A DNA stretch of 62,208 bases from Trichinella spiralis. Its lineage: Eukaryota. This document shows positions 31,536-42,421 of this stretch, in pieces. A program made the position numbers and the translations under genes. Each line of letters begins with the position of its first letter. Within the stretch, counting starts at the first letter, position 1. The DNA is taken from assembly GCF_000181795.1 (NCBI RefSeq), contig NW_003526943.1, forward strand, positions 10,322,253-10,384,460. The letters run 5' to 3'. The notes below the pieces were generated by a model, which did no database searches, was not told the DNA's origin, and saw nothing but the letters and a program-made list of their open reading frames with translations.

Positions 31536-32070
31536 GTAAGATGATTAATTTATAAAACAGACAATACAATCGTTTCGAATGATTCTACACCGTGCCACTG
31601 ACAACCACCACAAAAAATCACGCCACGATCGACTGCAAACCAAAAGCCGCGTACCATCGACAACTGCCACATGTCTCCGCACTACCGTATACTACCTCCG
31701 ATCATCAGGTCCAAATGTGCCTGCAACGGTAGACGAGCGCAACCGTGTCGTAGTTATAAGATCAGCTCGGTCTTTCTTTTGGTCTAGTACCGATTTCCCT
31801 CCTGATTCCGCCTACGTTTTCCCCCTGTGCCGAAGGTGAAGGAACAGTGTGGATACTGTAATAACATTCGAACCTGCATATCATGCTGCTGGAGTTCCGT
31901 CTCGGCATTCTTGTCGTTCGTGTGAGCGTGATGAATAAAGCTTCCTATCCTTCGTAGTTTGCGCTTTGTTCCTTTTCTGCACTCGTCAAGCTTGAGTTGC
32001 TGATAAATTTGAAGTCTACAGTCCACTACCTACTTATCAGAAAGAGTTCACTGCATCGTTGCAGTGAGCA
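31535..32070 (+). mobile_element. Putative 5' LTR of a BEL/Pao retrotransposon
   Basis: TGT...CA termini, internal AATAAA at about 31934, followed by a tRNA PBS and gag. The left boundary is tentative. Confidence 0.55.
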
Positions 32071-32076
32071 TTTTTC

Positions 32077-32115
32077 TGGTCCTCCGAGCCGGAGTCGAAC
32101 CAGCGACCTATGGAT
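32077..32115 (+). promoter_or_regulatory. Primer-binding site complementary to the 3' half of tRNA-Tyr
   Basis: The reverse complement is ATCCATAGGTCGCTGGTTCGACTCCGGCTCGGAGGA-CCA: TpsiC arm, acceptor strand and CCA. Confidence 0.85.
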
Positions 32116-32309
32116 AGTGAAGTAATGATGGCTTCAGCTGCCAGAACAAAGTCGAAGAAACTGGCAGTGAACCTGAATCGGCTGAATCAGTTCCTGGAAG
32201 AGCTGGATGAGGTATGCATCGCCTCAACTGACGCCTACGAGATTGAGGATCACATTCTAATGACTGAGTGTCTGTATCTCGAGACCGAAATCCTCCAGAC
32301 TGAGCTTAT
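32110..32309 (+). mobile_element. BEL/Pao gag N-terminal fragment, interrupted by a Gypsy LTR
   Basis: MDSEVMMASAARTKSKKLAVNLNRLNQFLEELD... directly follows a tRNA-Tyr PBS. Confidence 0.65.
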
Positions 32310-34483
32310 TGTGAATGTGAACAGATTAATATGTGCAGAGACTTCACTTGTAATGACAACACAATGTCAAGCTAAATGTATAACGCACACAAAGACTACA
32401 CACACAGACAACGCACACCTACGCACTTGACTACACTACTTGACATAAACTACTGGTCCTGCTGTAATATATTCCTGCGTGCTCTTCTGTATATATTTTT
32501 GATCGCTTGACATCGTAATACATAACATCCCTTTCCCCTTAACGTTCGTAGTCCTTGAGCTATTCTGGCGGTTTTTTTCTCGCGTAGACAGACGATCGAC
32601 GTTATCCAACACTTGCAGTATCCGGTGATTGTGACGCTGCCTCATTTTCTTCTCTAGTTGTTTTCTTCTGTGATTCGATCTTTTCTGCCTTGTGATTTTC
32701 CTCAGCAGTTACGTAGCGTTTTTTTAACTGTTCTGTGTGTCTGCGCCACAGTTGGCCGTCTTCTGTTTCTACTTGGTAGGACAGTGGGCCTGTCGGACTC
32801 ACAATGGTCGCTGCTTTCCAGGGTTTTCCCGAAGAATAATTCTTAGGGTATACTTGATCATCTGTTTGGAATTTGCGTACCTTCTCAAAAGTTTTATCAG
32901 CGTAAGCGTAAGCGACGCTAACAATTGATTGACAGCTGGAATCGGGTATGCGTTCTTTCTCAAAGCCTTATTTTATAGTACATTTGTAATCTCCACAAAT
33001 GAGTACGGTTCCGTCAGGTTTTACTGGTGTGTGACGATTGGAGTCGACCAAACTGAATGATCCACTGGTTCTAGAACTCCTTGTTCAACCAGCTTATCCA
33101 ATTTCGCATCAATCTCTTCTCTCAATGCAAGGGGAACCTTTCGCGCCTTCATGCAAATCGGTGTAACGTTTGGATCCAAGTCTAAAGAGACTGGCTTTCC
33201 AATGTACATACCCAGTTCCTCTGTGAATACAGATTGGTATTCTCGCAATACTTATGAAATTTGTGGAGGAGTTGACGTCATATGATATGCACCACTTAGA
33301 TGTATGCCAAGCGGTTCAAACCAGTTAAGTCCGAGCAGATTTGGACAGTGGCCTTTCGCAACAATAAGAGTCAGTGTGCGATGGATATTTCCATATTGCA
33401 CATTCACAGGACAGCTTCCTTTTACTTTTACCAGTTCAACCTGAAAAATTGCCAATTTGAGAGTGATCGGTTCCAACCGAATTTTTCTTCCTTGTGACAA
33501 CTTTTGGAAAACGTATTCAGAAAGAACAGTGAATTCTGAACCAGTATCAATTTCCATTTCGCACGGAAAGTTTTCGATGACAACTGCTACTCTAATTTTT
33601 CTTGACAATAGACATGATTGATCACATTTTGCCAATAGCCTGAGATTATTGAGTAGCAGTGAATCAGGAGACCTTGAGGCCAGATTGTCAACGGATGCTA
33701 ATGAAATTTGCTGTGTGCTTCAGATTTGGTTTCCTCGGTCGGTTCGCTTTACTCCGGCAAATTTTTCTTGCTATATGCCCAACTTTCTGACATGCTCTGC
33801 AGCGAGCGTTTCTGAAACGACACTGAGATCAGATGTGTGTGCATCCGCAGCTCTGGCACATCGTAGCTTGTTTTGCTGTTCTCGCCTGAATTTGATAAAC
33901 ATTAGATGACGTGTTGTCTGAAGCACAAACTTTTGGAGCATGTTAACCGGCGGCTTCTGCTGATAATGCTTCTTCCAGGGCTGATTCGACGAAGATCAAA
34001 TTTTTTAGATGGAAATTGATGGAGCTGTAATTCTTCATCTCTCAAGCCAGTAACCAGTCGATCACGTAACATAATATCTAATTCTGAAAGACTGCAACCT
34101 TGGGCCAACCGACGAAATTCATCAACAAAATTACCAATTGATTCTCCAACTTTCTGATTTCGCTTATAGAAAGCATTGCTTTTTGCAATTTCAGGTGGTT
34201 GTGGAGAGAAATGTTCTTCTAAAACGAACAGAATCTCGTCGAAAGATTTTTCATTGGGATTAGCTGGTGAAATGAGAGCTTGAATCAGGTTGTAAACTGC
34301 TCCACCACAAGAACTCAAAAATGCGGCTTTTTTCCTCGCGGAATCAGTTACGTTATTAGCTTCAAAGAAGAAACTCAAACGAGACGCGTATGCCGTCCAT
34401 TCTTTTGGCTTAGAGATATCAAACTCTTCGATGTGGCCCAACATGTTAATCAGTAGTCACACCAAATCACAACGTACCTTTTA
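32310..34483 (-). mobile_element. Internally deleted Mag-clade Gypsy (K02A2.6-like) element: gag, protease, RT start, integrase C-terminus, PPT, 3' LTR
   Basis: gag MLGHIEEFD..EWTAY..RL..FFEAN (34444), protease EIDTGS, RT start LVEQGVLEPV..WSTPIV..KPDG..ICGDYK, integrase tail GPLSYQV...WRRH, PPT AAGGGGAAAGGGA adjoining a TGT...ACA LTR (32527-32310). Confidence 0.88.
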
Positions 34484-34870
34484 ATGGAATCCCAGTTGAA
34501 ATCCTGAAGAATCGCTTCGGTCGCCCAGAGAAGGTAGCTCGTGAGCATATCATGACTCTGTGGAAAGCACCAGAGTGTAGAGAGATGACTCCGGGAGCAT
34601 CCAGTGCTTGGTGGACGAGCTCACCAAGAGCATAAACCATTTTCCAGATGATGCCTATCATCAGGGAAATGTTCCCAGTTGTTCTGAAGACAAAGTGGGA
34701 CCCCAAGGTGCCCTTGGAATCTGGAAGCGAGGTCGACCTGCAGAAATTCTTTGATTTCGCCGAGTTGCAAGCGGACACGCTCGCCGTCGAAGATGGACGC
34801 TTCTGGAAGTCTAAAGAGAGATGAGCAGAAAGGACAGTCCTGCGAAGATATCGCTTGCTGATAACGCAGC
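34484..34870 (+). mobile_element. BEL/Pao gag (DUF1759-like) continuation, degenerate
   Basis: VEILKNRFGRPEKVAREHI..LWKAP...W...DLQKFFDFAE matches the Pao gag pattern. Confidence 0.65.
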
Positions 34871-36972
34871 ATTTTGTCCGCTGAAGATTTCCTCTGATTG
34901 GGTCCGATTAATCTCAGATCGTCTTAAACCTGAATTCCAAAATTTGATTTCGCCTGATTTTCAGAGGCCCTGTATTTAACAAGTAGGCCTGTTTGATGCA
35001 AGAATGCTGTGCTAACTACATCCAGAGTGATGGGCGCTCCACTACTTGTTTACTCTCATGATTTATAAGCTATTATGTTCAGACGCAAAGTCCTTGCTTT
35101 GTTGAACCGCCATTAGAAGGTCTTTCCAAGTGGAAGAAGATTCTTCTGTGGAAAATTTTTGACTTTGATGTTTGCACTGATTTATCGTAACTGTTGGATG
35201 GTAAGTCTATATCAACTAGTAGATTTTCACGACTTCTGGCAACACGGCAAGAACTGCAGCTCACTGCCGAGCAAATGATAGCGAAATCCGGTACACAGTC
35301 CAAGAACAACTGATGACTGCGCTTACCAGTGAACATGAATCGTGTAGTAGAAGTACAGAAGATTTTCTAAGTGTCATTTCTTTTTAACTTCCTTTTTTGT
35401 TACTGTATTTAGGCGTTAATATTGTTTTGTATATATATTTTGCACATTGTACATATTATGTTATCGATAATGATTTGTTTATTGTTGGAAAGTAAAACTT
35501 TACATGTTATATCTGTTCAGATATAGGTGGTGTGTTTAATGTAACTGTCGAATGTAATAATGAAAAAAAATTCTTTAAAAATACTGACTGAAAAGTGGAA
35601 AATGAACAATAAATAATATATAAAAACCAGCATTTTTATCAATTATAAAACTGCATAAATTGTGAAGAAAATAAATGTAATAAAATTTGAATGTATTACA
35701 ACTTCCATTACTAAGGTTATAAAAATAGAATAAGAAATATTTGGGCAAATGAAAGAAAAAGTACTGCAGTGAATCACAATGAAAAACTTTGAATCAATGG
35801 ACAATTAAGCAAGAAAAACTAAAAAGACAACGGCATAAACGTCCAACACAATAAGAAAACGCTGTGAAAATTTAGACTATTTAGATCAAATTATTTCCTT
35901 TTTTAATCTATTTAAATATGGCTTTTAAGCAGCTATAATCTTAAAGTCCTGATTAATCTTTGTATTACAAAATTAATGGCTAAACGGCGTCAACGTCAAC
36001 ATTTGCTAATTTTGAGACATTTTACAGACATGATCAAGTGTCGAGTGATGGTCGTCCTTATGTTTTGCTTTTTACTACCATTTACTGTTTTCCCTCAGTG
36101 TGGAAGTGGCTCGTTGGCTCTTTTGTATTTTGCTTTAATATGGAGTTGCATTGTCTAAACAGAATGAAATTTAAACATAAACGTAAATAAAACAATAAAA
36201 TTTAAATGTAAGCATAAATCTAAATAAATAAGTTTATAGAGTAATTAACTGTAATGAAAACAATTAATTATCAAACATCGAATGCTACGATACTACATAT
36301 CATGTCAACTTCTCATCCTCTACATAGACTCGCGTATCCAATCTTTATAAAAATCAATTTCAAATGTGGATATTCGTTTCAGTTGTGTTTATTTGTTTAT
36401 GCAATCAGAATTGAACAATTCATTGTTATGTAAATATTTCTTGCTAGTTTAATTTGTATTTAAACAAGATTTGCCATCGACTAAACTGAGTCTAAATAAA
36501 AGTAAGTGGCATTTGTCACCTGGCACTTATCTTACATAATCAGCATTTATTTGTATGGTTATCACATTTCAATAAAATTTTAATAATTGTATGGTGGAAC
36601 AATATCAAAAAATTTCTGTTTGTAAAATCACGCATCAGTATTATCTGGAATACAAATACAAATAAAAGGGTAGATTTTAGTTGATTATTACGAAACAAAA
36701 TTTCATGAATGAAGCTTTATATAAAATTAATATGTGCATTTTTAGTTTAGATAATTTATAAATCTTTATACTCCAGTCTTTTTTTATTCTCACGTTGCAA
36801 GCATGCTCTGCATGCTTTGCTTCATTTAATTAAGCCAAAAACAATTCATTTATTCAGTTAGTAAATTCCTGATGCCATTAGAAATAAAAATATTTTCGAA
36901 AAAACTTTGTTTAGCCTTAGAAAAATAAAAATCTAATCTGATAGAAAAATAAAAATGAAAATCTTATTTCAT

Positions 36973-38764
36973 TTAATTGCAAGCATCAGTGCCGGTAACC
37001 AAGCTATTAAATCTAGCAAATATAGTAGCATCATCGATGCACACTGCTAATGCAGGTTCTTTTCTTTGACTTCTCTGAAAAGTAATATTGAGTTATATTT
37101 TAAAAATTAAGTATTTACGAAAATACATTTACATGATATGGTTTGTCAATAGCACAGAAAATATTTCCAGGTTCCGTGACTGCCCATTGCGACACGTCAT
37201 TTTCAAGGGTACTTGCATCACCCGATACCGATATGGGAGACGTGATTAATTTAATATTTCTTCCCAAAATTCTGCAATCACCTTTCAATTTAGTATCTCT
37301 GGTTGTCCATACTTTTAGATCTTTCTTCAATTTCCTTGAAAGAACTCTTTTGAACATCTCTAAAATTCAACTTTAATATAAGTTCATCAGATTTATCATA
37401 TGTTTTTTCTTTTTGCATTTGCACTCCTTCATCAGTTAAAATGCACAAATTGCTTGTTTATGGCAAGTTTTCATATTCGTAACTGTACTTCTATAAACAT
37501 GCAATGGAGTAGCAAAATTAGAATGAACAACAGCATGATTTATCATAGTTAATTCCTATCAATTTCGATACGAAACATCTTTAACATTGCAGTTACTTTA
37601 CAATATATTTTCCATACAGTATGTTTTACATCTTGGTTTCTCAGTTTTTACGAACTACATTACTAAGGCAAATCATTCACTAGTGAAATAAAAATTTTAT
37701 TGATATATTTTTAATAATTATTTGTATCGTAAAGCGGAAATTTTCAAATTTAGACTGGAAAACACACTGAATTGAAGCCACTCTAGTTTTCATAGCAACT
37801 TTGCAATAATGAACTTTTAAATCATCAAAAAAGTTCTTACCGTATCCAGATTTTTCACCTTTACTAAAAACTATAGCTTTTATTCCTGGATTTGCAGCTG
37901 TTTTTATGTCTTTGCTTATCGTCAAAGGAGGTAAGACACTGGAGTCACCGTTGAGCAAATTTTTCAAATTAGGCCTTGAATTAACTTCCGTTGCAGGAAT
38001 GTCATGATGATATACTAGAGGTCTCACAATTCGTAATGCATGTGCTGAAAGTATTATCAATTAAAATATATTCATTACATTTACAATGATATTTGTGATA
38101 AACGAGTAGTTATTTTACTTTTATGCTGCTCTTTTTAAAAACAATCAGCAATCAAATTTATAAATACACAGTTTCACCAATTTTAAACTTTGTTTGATAA
38201 ATTTATTTATTTATATTATAGAATAAAATGTTTTATATAACTAATATGTGGCAAATAAATTGTTTTTTCTCAAAAGATAGTTATCATATTTAAATATATT
38301 TCTTATATGCTTCATATACTGTTCACCTATTACGTCCAGCTGCTCTTCTTTTATTGTAAGACAAACAAATAAATGTCCTTTTGCAATTTCTTCTGCAGGA
38401 AATGTATAAGCTTGCAATGCTTTAGGAAATCCCGGTACTGTGTGTATAATCCAAGCAGCAGAATCAGTAGGTTCAGGATCCATTATTAGAATGCCTGTAA
38501 CAGCTTATGGTACATCCTTCGTTTGCATATTATTTATGCGCACACCTTTACTGTTTGAATTTGTTTGAACTCCCACCGCGTTTGGTGGTTTATTATTGTA
38601 AGCTACAAATTTAGCATTTCGGTCAGCTGCAGCTACATGTTCAAGAGCTTTGCCAAAGGAATTTCCATTATTTAGGGTAATTTGCCCAGGTGACGTTTGC
38701 CAGCTTGATTTGTGGCAGTTATAATTTTTCCAGTATTCTGACCTGCCGCTTTATATAAATCGCC
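36973..38764 (-). pseudogene. DNase II / plancitoxin-like family member, frameshifted, first exon not found
   Basis: LYKAAGQ, FVAYNNKPP, NSKG, WIIHTVPGFP, GHLFVC, AVCIDD and C-terminal DACN. Frameshift near 38700 between the YKAAG and WQTSPG frames. Confidence 0.75.
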
Positions 38765-39139
38765 CTATAGAAATTCCATACAATGGTACGTAATGATTTT
38801 CAATTACTTGTGTTAATGATTTTAATATAAATATTAATTACGGTTATAAAATGTACCTTTACAAAGTAGACGCGGAATTCAAAAACTAAGATATGTCTAG
38901 CTCGCTCCGTTTCTCCATTTTAGAATAATATTTTTGATGGTGAAGATTGTGCATCTCTTTTTTATAAACTAGATATAATGCTATTGATAGGCAAATTTCA
39001 TCTAATAATATTATTGACAGCTGTTAAAATGATATCAGACATCGTTTTCACCGCCCTTATGTGTTGAGTTTTGAGACGTATCTGTCAGTGTATTCGGCAA
39101 ATGAGCCAAAAAAGATTATACCCTTTGATNNNNNNNNNN

Positions 39140-39185
39140 AGCTGGTGCAGCAGTCTATTGTTTATGTACGGATAAAGATCTACGT
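39140..39185 (+). mobile_element. Tiny MULE transposase fragment
   Basis: LV-AVYCLCTDKD resembles the MULE KLVPAVYCL..KD motif. Very short. Confidence 0.4.
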
Positions 39186-40665
39186 CAATCTTAATCACAA
39201 ACAATAATTTGTGATTTTGAAATCTCTCTGATACACTTTGTTAATATTGTTCACTGTTAGATTGTTTGTTGTTGTTGTTGACTGTTCTTTACTGTGTGTT
39301 TCTGCTCTTGATTCGTGAAAAATCAAAATCACTATTTAATTTATTTTGTATGTATCGTTTTTTCTGAATTATTACTATCGCATGTGATATAACGTAACTG
39401 TGGTACAATAAAATATTGAATAATGATAAAAATTATTATTGAAAACGTTGATCACTAAAAAGTATAAACTTCACTAATAATATATTGGAAAAACAAAATT
39501 TCAATGAATGATAAAACTTATAAATCTTGATTGAAACAATTCCCAAATAAGGAATATTTACATTATTAATGTTACGTCACCACTATTAAAGTACGTAATC
39601 CTAAATGGAATATTTGAACCAATGAAATGAAGAACATTACAGCTAATCACAACTGAAGAGTTTGAATCAATGAGTAATTAGATAAAAAAACCAATAAGAC
39701 GACGAATTGAAGGTCCAATAAAATAACGAGTTCAACGACCAGTAAAATTAGACCGTGAAAATTTGTCCCGAAATCGACCATCCCCCATACCATACTTTGT
39801 AAACAGAGGAAAAACCATACTTTGACAAGGAAGCTCTGTGGTTATTACATTTGTTACAAGGCTTTTTTGAAAATTAACAGATGAATGCCAACATGCAAGA
39901 TGAAAATTTTGCATTTATCTTTTAATGAGTTGTTTAACTTAAAAGTAACTTAACTAGTGATGGTCGTCCACAAAAATGAATTGTTTTCTTCAGGATTTCA
40001 GCAAAACTGTTTTCAGAAGAATTGACAAAAAGTGCATTAGGCTATAGTAGTTAAATATCAGTATTTCACAATTGAGAATTTTTTTAACTGCAGCATTCAT
40101 CAATAAAAGGTATATAGCTTCACTTCATTTCATCGTGTAAAGGGAAAATTTCTGAATGTAAATCTAAAATATGAAATGATATTACAGCTTTATTCTTCAG
40201 TAAAATAAAAATTGGTTAAACCTTTGGTATTTCTTTCATTTTTTTATTATTCAGAAAATTTTTCCTAAAATCTGCAATAATTTATACTGATTACCAAGAT
40301 AATGCTATTAGCTGTATCAAAATTTCTTCCAATTAAGAAATTGCTTTGATAATGCTTAGTCTGTTTATCGTACAGTTTTCATGATATATATTAAGAAGCA
40401 GCAAGACAACATTTACAACAACATTGCACGTTACTTTTATTCAGAAATTCAGACTATACAGTTTAAAAAACAAGATAAGAGCTGCATATTTGTTTAGAAG
40501 AGCAACTGCTGAAATGTAAATCAGATAACCAATTCAGTTGATGCAAGTTTTATTGAAAGATAAAGAATATGATGAGAAGATATAAATAAGCGTAACTATG
40601 ACAAGCACAATAAATGAGGATCTCAATTCAACAATTTCTTTCATAAGTACAATCGAAATTAGGCG

Positions 40666-40764
40666 CTACATTGCATTTATCATCGTCACACAAATTTGGC
40701 GTATTACTGAAGTAATCAACGCATCTGCTACTGCAGCGCTGACCGTTGCTTCTGTGTTCGACAT
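40666..40764 (-). CDS. Cassette ORF3, putative 32-aa peptide MSNTEATVSAAVADALITSVIRQICVTMINAM
   Basis: Follows a tttaacag acceptor. Intact in copy 3 (60040-60138) with one synonymous change. AATAAA lies downstream at 40549-40554. Confidence 0.3.
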   Translation of the reverse strand: MSNTEATVSAAVADALITSVIRQICVTMINAM

Positions 40765-40797
40765 CGCCGAAAACTGTTAAATTCATTCCATTTTTAC

Positions 40798-40800
<3 letters not shown>

Positions 40801-40831
<31 letters not shown>
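40801..40831 (+). repeat. (AC)n microsatellite; shorter allele at about 60174-60192 in copy 3
   Basis: Directly visible dinucleotide run. Confidence 0.95.
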
Positions 40832-40833
<2 letters not shown>

Positions 40834-40970
40834 AACACACATACACATACACAATAAGAAATATACATATATTGATTTTTATGTTTATACAAATAAAATA
40901 TGATAGGCAGTAACAGCAACTACTGAAATCTCAAACTAACAAAAGAGGAGCAGCAAATCAAAAACATACA

Positions 40971-42182
40971 TCACATACGACGCCGCGGCCTTAGCATCTC
41001 CTCCCTCTGCCTTAGATAAAATTCAAAGGCAGAGGTCGCCACTTCATCCATTTCAAATTCTAATTCAGGCCAGTACGTTCTCCCAGACAAAGAGAATGAC
41101 GACGACTCTTCACAGAAAGAATAAAAAACATATAGCCAGTCGTTAGTCCGGTATGATCCGTCTATTTCTATTACTCGAAAGCTCGCCCGAAAACTGTCTG
41201 AAATCTCTGAAGCCTCTGAACCTTCTGAATTCCCTGAATCCTCTGAACATTCTGAAGTCTCTGAATCCTCTGAAATTTCTGAAGTCACTGAATCCTCTGA
41301 AATTTCTGAAGTATCTAGAGATTCTGAAGAATATGAACATTCTGAAGTCTCTGAATCCTCTGAAATCTCTGAAGTATCTGGAGATTCTGAAGAACATTCT
41401 GAAGTCATTGAATCCTCTAAACATTCTGAAGTCTCTGGACATTCTGAAACCTGCAAACATTCCAAAGAATTTGAACATTCTGAAGTCACTGAATCCTCTG
41501 AACATTCTGAAGTCTCTGAAATCACTGAAGTCTCTGGACATTCTGAAATCTGTAAACATTCCAAAGAATTTGAACATTCTGAAGTCACTGAATGCTCTGA
41601 ACATTCTGAAGTCTCTAAATTTTCTGAAGTCTCTGAAATCACTGAAGTCTCTGGACATTCTGAAATCTCTAAACATTCCAAAGAATTTGAACATTCTGAA
41701 GTCACTGAATGCTCTGAACATTCTGAAGTTTCTAAATTTTCTGAATCCTCTGAAATCTCTGAAGTCTCTTGACATTCTGAAATCTCTGAACATTCTGAAG
41801 TTTCTAAATTTTCTGAACCCTCTGAAGATAAATCATCATGAAATAGAATGCGCTCCACTTCAGCAGCAGTTGTTGATAAACTTCCAGTTTGTGATGTAAA
41901 TTCATCAGCAGTGGGCATATCTTCTGAACTTGAAGACACAATTGGAACAAAGTGCGTTGCCGGTGTTATGGGTACGGCTCCGAACCGTACATTTGGTGCA
42001 CACGTGCACCTCTTAAACAAACAAACAGATGATTAAAAAACAAAATGTTGACTAACATCATTTACCCATGGCGAAAAGCTAAATGAAACTTCCTCATGCT
42101 GCTGTTGTTGTTGCTGCTGCTGTTGAGAATGCTGTTGCTGCTGTTGATGATGCTGTTGCTGCTGCAATAATGGTCCTGACAT
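40971..42182 (-). CDS. Cassette ORF2, about 385-aa polyQ + Ser/Glu/Cys repeat protein; exons 42182-42066 and 42011-40971
   Basis: A 54-nt gtaaat...tttaag intron joins ...FSPW|RCTCAP... in phase 0. A synonymous CAA/CAG difference between copies lies in the polyQ frame. The non-repetitive C-terminus is conserved in copy 3. Confidence 0.7.
41200..41830. repeat. Coding minisatellite of 9-bp units (TCTGAA core) with higher-order repeats
   Basis: Encodes S-E-x tripeptides on the minus strand. The block SENLETSECSEHSVTSECSNSLECL.ISECPETSVISET recurs. Confidence 0.95.
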
Positions 42183-42208
42183 TTCTGTACTTACAGACCT
42201 GCTTTCTC

Positions 42209-42421
42209 TCACATTTCTTGTATGCATTCCCATACGGCGCGAATATTCCTGCAAATATTGCAATCAAGTACTTTACAATGCAATTCCATCAAATCATTAA
42301 ATACTGTGACAGCAGTTTCCAAAATAGTATCATATGCCCGCTGCAAGTCTTCTCGACTCAAATAGATGATATTTCCGTTGTGATCTACACACAAAATTCT
42401 TTCATTGTTTGGATTTGACAT
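42209..42421 (-). CDS. Cassette ORF1 copy 2, 70-aa peptide
   Basis: Preceded by a spliced 5' exon (about 42610-42492) and intron (about 42491-42442). Conserved with copy 1. Confidence 0.5.
   Translation of the reverse strand: MSNPNNERILCVDHNGNIIYLSREDLQRAYDTILETAVTVFNDLMELHCKVLDCNICRNIRAVWECIQEM

Noticed and set aside
32077..32115. Possible tRNA-Tyr gene
   Set aside because: Only the 3' half is present, it includes an encoded CCA, and it sits between an LTR and gag, so it is a PBS.
41143..41899. Long ORFs in other frames of the repeat (FRDFRMFR... on minus, LKSLNPLNI... on plus; also 60505-60934)
   Set aside because: They begin and end with the 9-bp array, which simply lacks stops in those frames. 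Only the S-E frame extends into unique sequence on both sides.
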